Shown here: piece by piece, positions 51,930 through 64,000 of the stretch
How the letters are laid out: each line of letters opens with the position of its first letter
Numbering within the stretch: position 1 is the stretch's first letter
Assembly (NCBI RefSeq): GCF_006345805.1
Contig: NC_043001.1
Location: forward strand, 33,418,001 to 33,482,000
DNA: 64,000 nt
Source: Octopus sinensis
Taxonomy: Eukaryota
Direction of reading: 5' to 3'
Translations under genes and position numbers: made by a program
The notes under the pieces: generated by a model
What the model saw: the letters and a program-made list of their open reading frames with translations, nothing else
Told to the model about the DNA's origin: nothing
The model's database searches: none

Positions 51930-52888
51930 AACTGGCAGAATCGTTAGCACGCCGAGCGAAATGCTTAGCGGTATTTCGTCTGCCGCTACGTTCTGAGTTC
52001 AAATTCCGCCGAGGTCAACTTTGCCTTTCATCCTTTCGGGATCGATTAAATAAGTACCAGTTATGCACTGGGGTCAATTAATCGACTTAATCCATTTGTC
52101 TGTCCTTGTTTGTCCTCTCTGTGTTTAGCCCCTTGTGGGTAGTAAAGAAATAGGTATTTCGTCTGCCGCTACCTTCTGAGTTCAAATTCCGCCGAGGTCA
52201 ACTTTGCCTTTCATCCTTTCAGGATCAATTAAATAAGTACCAGTTATGCACTGGGGTCAATTAATCGACTTAATCCATTTGTCTGTCCTTGTTTGTCCTC
52301 TCTGTGTTTAGCCCCTTGTGGATAGTAAAGAAATAGGTATTTCGTCTGCCGCTACGTTCTGAGTTCAAATTCCGCCGAGGTCGACTTTGCCTTTCATCCT
52401 TTCGGGATCGATTAAATAAGTACCAGTTATGCACTGGGGTCAATTAATCGACTTAATCCATTTGTCTGTCCTTGTTTGTCCTCTCTGTGTTTAGCCCCTT
52501 GTGGGTAGTAAAGAAATAAGTATTTCGTCTGCCGCTACGTTCTGAGTTCAAATTCCGCCGAGGTCAACTTTGCCTTTCATCCTTTCGGGATCGATTAAAT
52601 AAGTACCAGTTATGCACTGGGGTCAATTAATCGACTTAATCCATTTGTCTGTCCTTGTTTGTCCTCTCTGTGTTTAGCCCCTTGTGGGTAGTAAAGAAAT
52701 AGGTATTTCGTCTGCCGCTACCTTCTGAGTTCAAATTCCGCCGAGGTCAACTTTGCCTTTCATCCTTTCGGGATCGATTAAATAAGTACCAGTTATGCAC
52801 TGGGGTCAATTAATCGACTTAATCCATTTGTCTGTCCTTGTTTGTCCTCTCTGTGTTTAGCCCCTTGTGGGTAGTAAAGAAATAGGTA
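51930..52888 (+). repeat. Tandem array of five 183-bp SINE B units inserted in another SINE
   Basis: Unit starts at 51971, 52154, 52337, 52520 and 52703; host SINE at about 51715-51930 resumes at about 52885. Confidence 0.95.
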
Positions 52889-53051
52889 TGCATGGGCAAC
52901 TGCTGGTTTTCCATACACAACCTTGCTTGGACTTGTACCAAGGAAGGGGAACTTTTTAGGTGCAATTTTATGGTCATTCATGACAGCAAGGGGGTCTTTA
53001 CCCTTTCCCCTTTTTTTTATATATATAAAACACATGAAAGATCAAGGGCTA

Positions 53052-53517
53052 AAATAGCTCCTCACTTGCCTATTCTTTTACAATGTAATTTCTGACCTTT
53101 CCATTCAACTATTTCATTCATTTGCCTCATCTTTACTTGCTTAACCCTTTTGATATCAAACTGCCACAGATCACCCCTAGAGCTATACTCTTTTACTTGT
53201 TTCAGTCATTTTACTGTGGCCATGCTGGAGCACCACCTTTAGTCGAACAAATCGACCCCAGGACTTATTCTTTGTAAGCCTAGTAAATAGCTCCTCACTT
53301 GCCTATTCTTTTACAATGTAATTTCTGACCTTTCCATTCAACTATTTCATTCATTTGCCTCATCTTTACTTGCTTAACCCTTTTGATATCAAACTGCCAC
53401 AGATCACCCCTAGAGCTATACTCTTTTACTTGTTTCAGTCATTTTACTGTGGCCATGCTGGAGCACCACCTTTAGTCGAACAAATCGACCCCAGAACTTA
53501 TTCTTTGTAAGCCTAGT
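53052..53517. repeat. 233-bp near-identical tandem duplication
   Basis: 53052-53284 is repeated at 53285-53517. Confidence 0.9.
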
Positions 53518-53620
53518 ACTTAATCTATCAGTCTCTTTTGCCAAACCGCTAAGTTACGGCAGCGTAAACACACCGGCATCGGTTGTCAAGTGATGTTGGG
53601 GGGACAAACACAGACACACA

Positions 53621-53664
<44 letters not shown>

Positions 53665-53803
53665 TACGACAGGCTTCTTTCAGTTTCTGTCAACCCACTT
53701 GCCCAAGGTGCCACACAGTGGGACTGAACCCGGAACCATGTGGTTGGTAAACAAGCTACTTACCACACAGCCACTCCTATGCCTATGATACAAATTTTTT
53801 GTT

Positions 53804-54255
53804 TTAACCCTTTAGTTTTTAAACCAGCTGTATCCAGCCCAAATATTCTACCCATTGTATATTCAAACTGACCAGAACCAGCATCTCAAACCTGTGCTGC
53901 AGTGTCATTCTAAAAATAAACAATTACATCTTTCAAATCCTGAAGCTACAAGAGAACACCAGATTAACCCTTTCGTTACCAACTTGGCTGAAACCGGCTC
54001 TGGCTCTGAGTACAAATGTCTTGTTTTCATAAGTTTTGAATTCAAATCTTCCACCAAATCTTAGTTAGAATTTATATTCCTAACACTAGATTAATGATAA
54101 CAAAGTTAATTTATTAAATTCTTTGTTATATTTAAAGTAATTGAAAGAAATACAGAGTATCTCAAAATAAATACAGTAATGAAAGGGTTAATTTTTTAAA
54201 ACGTGAATAGATAAGAATTACTTTTAACAAATTAATCTGAATGCTAAAGGGTTAA
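53804..54255. mobile_element. Nested piggyBac-type MITEs
   Basis: TTAA-bounded element 53804-54255 contains TTAA-bounded element 53964-54191. Confidence 0.8.
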
Positions 54256-55151
54256 AATGATCTAAATGAAAGCCTTCTATTAAAATTCCATGTTAATTTA
54301 TACTCCAAACCCCAGCTTAATAATGACAGCTATTTTGCTAAATTCTTCATTATTTTTCGAAATTAATTCAAACAAAGGCAGTATATTATAACAATAACCA
54401 TGGTAAGGTCTAATTCTTTTACGAGAGGGTTGGGTCTTTATACTGCCTAAATTGAACAATAAGAGTCACAAGTAAAGCCTTTAAATAGTCACAGCCAACA
54501 GCTGCTCTAAATACAATAAAAACAATATAGAGAAAAATTAACCAACAAGAAAGTGTCTATGCGGCCACTGGAACTGCTAGAAATAGCAGCCAAATCTCTT
54601 TCAAAATACTCCTACTGTCTACAAAAAGAACACATTAGATAATGTGATCCTATGTACACTACCAAAAATGGAATGCGTTTGTTCATAGGTTTGATGAATC
54701 AAGGCAGAATTCCAGCTAAATAACAACAAAATAAAAAAATTAAAAAAATATCAAACACCAACAGATGATTGGCTAAAACACATAGACATAATGTCACAAA
54801 TTTCTAGTTCCAGGATTTCCCAAATAGAGCACAACTTCCTGTCCAATTATCTATTTTCAACATGCCATATCCTCTCTCACATACATCATAAGATCAGAAC
54901 TGGAAATATTCAATAATACAAATAATAATAACTATCATTTTCAAGTTGTTGGCACAATGCCAGCAATTTCAGGAGTGGTGATAAGTCGATTACGTCAACC
55001 CCAGCACTCAACAGGAGCTTATTTTATTAACCCCTGAAATGATGAAACGCAAATTTGACTTTGGCGGAATTTGAACTCAGAACATAAAGATAGACAAAAT
55101 GCCACTAAGCATTTTGTCCAGTATGCTAATGATTCTGTCAGCTCACTGCCT

Positions 55152-55284
55152 TAATAATAATAATAATGATAATAATAATAATGCCGAAATATCGTTCGTT
55201 CAACCAATTTCACATGACAACTATGGCACTCTTCTACTTATTTCTCTATAACTTCTGGAAGAGTTACCTCGGTCCTATATAATC

Positions 55285-55318
<34 letters not shown>

Positions 55319-55447
55319 TGATAATGCCGAAATATCATTCAACCAATTTCACATGACAACTATGGCACTCTTCTATTTATTTCTCTATAACTTCTGAAGG
55401 AGTTACCCCAGTCCTATATAATCTTAACAATAATAATAATAATAATA
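55152..55447. repeat. Two ~140-bp direct repeats bounded by (AAT)n
   Basis: GCCGAAATATC...CCTATATAATCTT occurs twice. Confidence 0.85.
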
Positions 55448-57611
55448 AAGGCTGGGCGAAATGCATAGCCGTATTTCATCTGCCATTATGTTCTGAGTTC
55501 AAATTCCGCCGAGGTCGACTTTGCCTTTCATCCTTTCGGGGTCGATAAATTAAGTACCAGTTACGCGCTGGGGTCAATGTAATCGACTTAATCCGTTTGT
55601 CTGTCCTTGTATGTCCCCTCTGTGTTTAGCTCCTTGTGGGTAGTAAAGAAATAAAATAATAATAATAATCATCATCATCATCATTTAACGTCCATTTTCC
55701 ATGCTAGCATGGGTTGGACGGTTCAGCCGGGGTCTGGGAAGCCAGGAGGCTGCACCAGAATAATAATAATCTACTATAATAATACTCTTGTGTTTTTCTC
55801 TGTCACAACACATGAATGAGAAAGGAAGGGGTGATTGCAAACTGGTAGTGGGAGCGTTGCAACTCTGTATGCGTGTGTATGTAAAAGGAAGGTATGTGAA
55901 CATTTCTGTGTGTGTGTGTGTGTGTGCGCAATGGAAACAGGATGGTAAACATTCAACACGGAAAAGAAAAATCAAACAGCATTTCAACTGTGTGAGTGTG
56001 TGTGTGTGTATATACAAGGGAAGTATGTGAATGCTTGTATATGTGAACCAGCTTTCTTTCAGTTACAAACAATGATCAATGTCACCTTTCAAAAGACAAC
56101 CATTAGATAACATTGACAAGTGTATTAATTTGATTTACCATCCATATTTATATATAAAATACTACAATTAGCTATCACTTTTGATGGCATGGAACCAGCT
56201 GGTAATAATAATAATCTTTTCTACTAAAGGCACAAGGCCTGAAATTTTGTGGGAGGGGACCAGTCGATTATATTGACCCCAGTACTGTTTAACAGGTACT
56301 TAATCTATCGATGCTGAAAGTTGACGCCAGTGGAATTTTAACTCAGAACATCAAGATGAATGAAATATTGTTAAGCATTTCGCCTGACATGCAATCAACC
56401 CCGAAAGCTTGCAGCCTTGCTAACAGTAATAATAACTTTTTCTATTATAGGTACAAGGCCTGGAATTTGTAGGGCAGGGGCCAGTCAATTACACTGACCC
56501 CAGTGCTCAACTGGTACTTATTTTATTAACCCTGAAAAGTTGAAAGGCAAAGTCAACCTCAGCAGGATTTGAACTCAGATCATTAAAAACAGAACAAATG
56601 CTGCTAAATGTTTTGTCCAGCATGTTAACGATTCTTATTTCTTTATTGCCCACAAGGGGCTAAACATAGAGGGGACAGGCAAACAGATTAAGTCAATTAC
56701 ATCGATCCCAGTGTGTAACTGGTATTTAATTTTATCAACCCCGAAAGGATGAAAGGCAAAGTCGACCTCGGCGGAATTTGAACTCAGAACGCAGCGGCAG
56801 ACGAAATACCACAAAGCATTTCACCCGGCATGCTAATGTTTCTGCCAGCTCGCCACCTTAAATGTTAACGATTCTGCCAGTTTATCATCTTAACAACAAC
56901 AACAGCATCAATAATAACAATAGAACTGTAATTTAATAAAATCAGGTGGAGTCATGTCAAACAAAATCTGAAACTACCTGATGCAATAAGAATCACCTTC
57001 CCTGTGGAGAGTAAAAAGGGAGCTGCTGCTTCTAGCTGCAGGTGTGAAGGGGCACAAAAATTCTCTGACCTATCACACCTGTTAATTAAAGTAATGGTAG
57101 TGGGACCAAAGTGTCATTGCCTTGGGGCATTAAAAGCCCCTTTTCTATACCACTGCAACACACCATAATAATAAGGAAACAATTCTTATTATTCACGTGT
57201 TAGTAATTTCCAGCAAGTTAAAAAAAAAAAAAAAAAGACACCTGTAGGTTGTTGATTTTATATTAGACTGAAAGCCTCTGGAATCCAACCTGTTGAAAGT
57301 GACTTTATATTAGACTGAAACCCTGGAATCTAGCCTGTTGAATCTAAAAATAAAAATCCCACACCTTTTGCAAGAGGTTAGAAAGCAAATTTAAAAATTG
57401 TCACAGTCTGCCAAAGCAATTGTTAATGAAAGGAGTTAATAGGTATTTCATGAAGGCATGTGGCTTAATGGTAAAGTCTTTTGTTGCTATATTTCTATTG
57501 AAGTACAGTGCCTTTGTTTCGGTTAATGATGAAAATAACAAAGAATGTATTAAAATCATTTTGCCATTATTTAGCTGGTTTTTAGAATATATAATAAACA
57601 ATAAATGCACC

Positions 57612-58117
57612 CTTTTAAAGCCTAGCCAGGCTCATGGGCCCGGTTTCCCGGTTTCTATGACGCATGTGTTCCCCAGCTGGATGAGGACGCCAGTCTATCG
57701 CAGCATTACTCATTTTTGCCAGCTGAGTGGACTGGAACAACGTGAAATGAAGTGTTTTTCTCAAGAACACAACACGTTGCCTGGTCCAGGAATCAAAACC
57801 ACAATCTTACGATCATGATGCTGACACCCTAACCACTAAGCCACGCGCCTCCTCAAATATAAAAATAAATGTGCCCTTTTAAAGCCTCGCCAGGTTCATA
57901 GGCCCAGTTTCCCAGTTTCAATGGCATATGTGTTTCCCAGCTGGACAGAGTGCCAGTCCATCACAGCATTACTCATTTTTGACAGCTGAGTGAACAGGAG
58001 CAAGGTGAAATGAAGTGTTTTGCTCAAGAACATAATGCGTTGCCCGGTCCAGGAATTGAAACCACAATCTTACGATCGTGATGCTGACACCCTAACCACT
58101 AAGCCACGGACCTCCAC
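57612..58117 (-). mobile_element. Tandem pair of tRNA-derived SINE family E
   Basis: Two diverged ~240-bp copies, each with a TGGCTTAGTGG A box and the same 3' tail as family C. Related copies near 22820 and 47530. Confidence 0.75.
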
Positions 58118-58548
58118 TTTTAAAACATATTAACTTGAAATTTTTTATGGAAGTTTTTAATTTAGATCACTTAAAAATAAGATGTGTATATCATAGAACT
58201 ACAGGTGGCTGGCCTCAAGCAGGTGGTATCAAAAGGGTTCAGGTATTTTTGCTCATGAACATGAGATCATGGGTTCAATCCCTAGGCCAGGTGGCATGTG
58301 TCCTTGAACAAGACATTTCATTTCCCATTGCTCTAGTCTACTCAGTTACTCTTTTTACTTGTTTTAGTCATTTGCACCCATGCTGGAGCATCGCCTTTAG
58401 TTGAGCAAATCAACCCCAGGACTTATTCTTTGTAAGCCTAGTACTTATTCTATCAGTCTCTTTTGCCGAGCCGCTAAGTTACGGGGACGTAAACACACCA
58501 GCATCGGTTGTCAAACGATGTTGGGGGGACAAACACAGACACACAAAC

Positions 58549-58579
<31 letters not shown>

Positions 58580-59237
58580 CACGACGGGCTTCTTTCAGTT
58601 TCCGTCTACCAAATCCACTCACAAGGCTATAGTAGAAGACACTTGCTCAAGGTGCTACACAGTGGGACTGAACCCGGAACTGTGGTTCGTAAGCAAGCTA
58701 CTTACCACACAGCCACTCCTACGCCTAAAGAGTATCAACAAGTTGTAAAGAGTACCAACAAGGTGCTGGTGCAACTCTTTCCCTATATCTGTCAAATTCT
58801 GGGTGTTCCATTGAGTCAACAATGAAGGGCTGAGAGTATGCCAATGTCTGCTTGCGACTACTTAGCAAAAACAATGACACATGCTACCAAGCCATACACA
58901 CTAGCAAAGGATGGCTGGCTGCACTGTACTGTAGACATTTCAAATATAATACTAATGCATAATTTATTGACTGATGAAATGCAAAAAGACTGTGGTATTT
59001 GAATTCGGAAACAAGTAGTACATATCTAATAATCACTGGGCAAAATCCATCTTTCTTAGAAGATGCATCAATCACACTAACAGGCTGTGTGGTAAGTAGC
59101 TTGCTTACCAACCACATGGTTATGGGTTCAGTCCCACTGCGTGGCACCTTGGGCAAGTGTCTTCTACTACAGCCTCGGGCCGACCAAAGCCTTGTGAGTG
59201 GATTTGGTAGACGGAAACTGAAAAGAAGCCCGTCGTA

Positions 59238-59279
<42 letters not shown>

Positions 59280-60174
59280 TGTGTATTTGTGTGTCTGTGT
59301 TTGTCCCCCTAGCATTGCTTGACAACCGATGCTGGTGTGTTTATGTCCCCGTTACTTAGCGGTTCAGCAAAAGAGACCGATAGAATAAGTACTGGGCTTA
59401 CAAAAGAATAAGCCCCAGGGTCGAGTTGCTCGATTAAAGGCGGTGCTCCAGCATGGCCGCAGTCAAATGACTGAAACAAGTAAAAGAGTAAAGAGTAAGT
59501 AATAAAAAATTTTTTAAAAATAACAAGGGAGCCACCATAGAGCCATTCATGCTGCAGAAAATGGCAACAAAATCTTTATTTCGGTGCAGGTATGGCTGTG
59601 CGGTTAGAGGTTTGCTTCCCAGCCACATGGTCCCAGGTTCACTCCCACTGTGTGGCACCTTGGATAAATGTCTACAATAATCTTGGGGTCATCATGTAAA
59701 TAAATTTGATAGAGACTGAAAGAAGCCCAGCATAAGTGTGTGTGTGTGTGTGTGCGCGCGCTTAGTGTTTGCCCCCCTCCTCCACCACCACCAGAGTTGG
59801 TTTGTTTACATCCCCATAACTTAGTGGGTCAACAAAAGAGTCCAGTAGGATAAGTACCAGTATTTAAAAAAAATAAGTGCTGGGGTCAATTTATTGAACA
59901 AAAACCCTTCAAAGCAGTGCCCCAGCATGGCCACAGTCCAATGACTGAAACAAAAAAATAAAAGCAAGAAGTACTGTTCTATATTTTAGAGATGAGGAGT
60001 TATGTACCCCAAGATTTCGGGTTCAATCCCAGTCAGTGAATTGAATAAATAAATAATAATAATAATAATAATAACATCAGCAAAAAATACCTTAGGGATG
60101 AGAACAAAGTACCCCAGTAGTCACATAAAGGGTTGGTTTCACATGATGGTGCGGGGACAAATACAGACACACAC

Positions 60175-60239
<65 letters not shown>

Positions 60240-60426
60240 AATAAGAAAATAGAGGGGATCAATAGGTGGTATTCATCAACTTATGTCAATTTATTTATTT
60301 ACTAAAAGCACAATTATAACAATATAATACATGTATAACATATTATGCTTTACATATATAATATATAAAATATAAAAATATCAATAATTATTAAAATATA
60401 TAACAAGCAATAGAAATTGGGATATA

Positions 60427-60482
<56 letters not shown>

Positions 60483-61859
60483 ACAGACTTCTTTCAGTTT
60501 CCGTCTACCAAATCCACTCACAAGAATTTGGTTGGCCCAAGGCTATAGTAGAAGACACTTGCCCAAGGTGCCACGCAGTGGGACTGAACCCGGAACCATG
60601 TGGTTGAGATGCAAGCTTCTTACCACACAGCCACTCTTGTGAGTGTTTGGGTCTCCTTGTCTGGATATTGTGTGATGGTTGTAAGCAAGCACCAGTCATT
60701 CAAGCAGTCTCATCTGTTTCTAGTTTTCCTTGAAAATGTCCAGCCAAGAAGTGGGGGAGGTGGGGTTGCAAAAAATTCTATCTGGCCGATGCCAGCATGG
60801 AAAAGTGGATTCTGAAAATAATGGCAACAACTATAACCAAAAGATCTTAGTTTCTTTTCAGATTTTCTGCAACACACACACACATGCATATACACATATA
60901 TACATTTATATAGCTACATATACCTCTTTTACTCGTTTCAGTCATTTGACTGTGGCCATGCTGGAGCACCGCCTTTAGTCGAGTAAATCGAACCCAGGAC
61001 TTATTCTTTGTAAGCCTAGTACTTATTCTATCGGTCTCTTTTGCCGAACCACTAAGTTACGGGGACGTAAACACACCAGCATCAGTTGTCAAGCGATGTT
61101 GGGGGAACAAACACAGATACACAAACACACACAGACATATATATATGATGGGCTTCTTTCAGTTTCTCTCAAGCAAATCCACTCACAAGCCTTTGATCAG
61201 CCCGAAGCTATAGTAGAAGACACTTGCCCAAGGTGCCACGCAGTGGGACTGAACCCAGAACTATGTAGTAGATAAGCAAGCTACTTACCACACAGCCACT
61301 CCTAAACATGCAGATACACCATTCACACACCGTACATATATCTCACATACACACCAACTGATACTTTTACTAACAATTAAAAGTTATTTTCCCTACTAAA
61401 GCAGAGTTTAGCCTTGTAGGTCACTCAGTTCTCGGAACTTCTTCCATACACATCTCACTCTTGCCGCCCTCACTGGAACCACTATCTTTACATTCAACAT
61501 ACCTCATAAATAACAAAAGGTTTTCACAGCTTACATCTTCTCTTCACACCATCTCAACAGTCCCTCCATTTCCAGCTCCCTCCCTCTATTTTGCCCTACC
61601 TTCTACAGTCTCCTCTCATCAACCCCCACTTATTCATCGCTTTCTCAGTTACCCGAAGCCATACATTTCTTGGCCTTCTTCCTTTCATATCTATTTTCAG
61701 CACTCCTCCCACACAGTCATGTGCTGGGGGATGCCGACTCAGCACATGATCAATTCAACTCATTTCATTTCTCTTCACATCTGTTACTGGCTTTATTCCA
61801 GTGCAGCTCAGTGTATCTCTCTCTCTCTCTCCCTCCCTCTCTCCCCCTCTCTGTAAAAC

Positions 61860-62400
61860 TGCTCCTTCACTGAACCATTCTCATTTAATTTATTCGAGCC
61901 TTCTCTGTTGTTTTTGTGTTCATTACCCATGTCTCACTCCCATAAATCACATATGAAGCACAGAACTAAACTTTCTGTTTCAACAACACTGCTCTTCTTA
62001 GGTCACTCAGTTCTCGGAACTTCTTCCATACACATCTCACTCTTGCCGCCCTCACTGGAACCACTATCTTTACATTCAACATACCTCATAAATAACAAAA
62101 GGTTTTCACAGCTTACATCTTCTCTTCACACCATCTCAACAGTCCCTCCATTTCCAGCTCCCTCCATACACACCTTACACTTCGATGAAACAGCCAGATT
62201 CAAAACTTTCTTATACCCATAACAGTTTTGATAAACATCTATCAAGCACATCTTATAACGCTTATTGAAATTTATTCCAACACCCTTCCTACACGCAGCC
62301 ACTTTCCTTTTCTTTCTAGTTCACCTCATGTATTAGAACTTGTCATTACCTCCATCATTCTGATATTTACCTTCACACTTTTTGCCTCCATACATTTCTT
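61860..62400 (-). mobile_element. Decayed RTE-clade LINE fragment
   Basis: Fragments CRKGVG, TFCYL, ARVRCVWKKFREL and IYGSETW. Confidence 0.75.
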
Positions 62401-63319
62401 CCATTAACCCTTTCATTACTGTATTTATTTTGAGATGCTCTGTGCTTCTTTCAATTACTTTAAATATAACAAAGAATTTAGTAAATTAACTTAGTTATCA
62501 TTAAGCTGGTGTTAGGAACATAAATTGTGACTAAGGTTTGGTGGAAGATTTTAGCTCAAAACTTTTGAAAACAAGACAGGAACGGTTTCAGCCGGGTTGG
62601 TAGTGAAAGGGCTAAGCTATCTTGTTCAATCCATCCATACTTTCTGCTATTAACAGCAGATCAACTACATACAGCAACTGCCATAGTTAACCCTCTTTTT
62701 GCTTCAAGCCAGCATGTCATCACAACCACAAATAATAGCAGGCTTAACAATGAACCCTGATGCCCTCCAATTATCACTTCAAAACTAATTTCCTGTTCCT
62801 CATCCTAATGATTATGTGCCCTCTCTTTTACATCAACATCAGTATTCTAACAAACCATTCATCCACACTCCTGACCCTCAATGCCCTGGTCACCTCTTCA
62901 CAGAGAACCCTACTGAAAGCTTTCTCCAGATACAACAAACCCAAGAAACAACTTCATTATGTCCCCCTGCTTTTCCTAACCTTACAACAAAAATTAGGTT
63001 AGATGTTCCTCTTCCTCACAAGAAACCAAACTCAATTTCACTGATCTTCGCTATCTTTCTAAAGGGCGAGAGTAGCTACTAACTTGGTCACCTAAATAAC
63101 GGAAGCTATCTACTACCTCTATCTTGCCGCCAAAAACAACCCAGGGTTATATATATGTATATATGATCAATCTAAAATATCTAGCTTGAATAGGAGAAAC
63201 ACATGTATATCAAATGTATCATATCTTAATACAGAGGAGATTCCTAGCTCAACACCTAATGTTGATAATAGATGGAATGTGAACTTTTCAGACAAAAACA
63301 ACTCTCAATAATAGGCTTA

Positions 63320-63690
63320 ACTGGTTATGTAATTGTAAAAAATCATCTAAAATGCCCATTAGATAACCAATGCTTAAGAAAAACCAGGAGAATGTACTTA
63401 CTATTATATAGGTGATTGCACAACTGATTTTAAGTCAAGATTATATAATCACATTTGTTTAAACATAGAAAAAAAAAACTTCACTTCTTTAAGTAAATTT
63501 GTCTGGAGCTTCAAGGAGAGGAAAGTTAAGTACAATATTAAATGGTCTATAATAAACAGTGCCCTATTATATAATGGATGGAAAAATATAGCTTATACCT
63601 CAAGGAGACACTGCATATCATTACATCCAAATCTAACATTAAATAAATGAAACTTATTTAGAAAAACCTTCAAAATCTTCCGAAATAAAT
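63320..63690 (+). mobile_element. Decayed Penelope-like GIY-YIG region
   Basis: Fragments CNCKKS / CPLDNQCL, YYIGDCTTDFKSRLYNH and TSLSKFVW...IKWSII. Confidence 0.8.
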
Positions 63691-64000
63691 GTAGTTCTAT
63701 TTAGTGCACCTAATATAATAGTCTGGTATATTAGGATTTTTTAGTTAGTACACTAATATTTATTTCATCTAATTATTTTTGTTATTTTATTTTCTAATTA
63801 TCATTATTATTGTTCTTGTCGTTATTATTTAAATTATTTTTAATTTTGTAATTAGCTTGTTTAATCATTTTTAATTCTGTAATTACATTGTTTAATTATC
63901 TTTAATTCTGTAATTAGATTGTTTAATTATTTTTTTAATTTGATTTTTTATCGTAGTTTATCTATCTAAATCATCATGATCATCATCATTTAACATCAGT

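Noticed and set aside
57255-57345. Small ~47-bp tandem duplication (similar degenerate repeats at about 48040-48150)
   Set aside because: Ordinary local slippage with no further structure

Overview
AT-rich, repeat-dense eukaryotic genomic DNA. The SINE families and microsatellite style point to an octopus or other coleoid cephalopod (inference). Two intron-containing genes lie on the minus strand. The first is the 5' end of a SEL1L3-like gene: three spliceable coding exons (6434-6493, 3654-3818, 1975-2353) running off the left edge. The second is a TMEM192-like lysosomal membrane protein gene: five in-phase coding exons (35483-35620 to 26295-26499), with the start exon not found. Everything else is intron or intergenic sequence filled with about five tRNA-derived SINE families (some in tandem arrays) and decayed LINE fragments (CR1, RTE, L1/Tx1-like). 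It also holds Penelope-like elements with GIY-YIG remnants and hammerhead-ribozyme motifs, piggyBac/hAT/Tc1 MITEs, a Helitron, a mariner remnant, a probable solo LTR, several long foldback hairpins and microsatellites. The most noteworthy signals are: (1) hammerhead motifs, including one with an intact core and an about 95-nt branched stem II; (2) a SINE subfamily sharing its 3' tail with a Tx1-like LINE, inserting with 14-bp TSDs and forming tandem arrays; (3) foldback hairpins beside TMEM192 exons; (4) an apparent CpG-depletion boundary near 14 kb. Almost all ORFs in the supplied track are microsatellite or SINE artefacts. I found no clearly new multi-gene system. Gene and family names come from recalled similarity, not database searches. 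Repeat coordinates are approximate.
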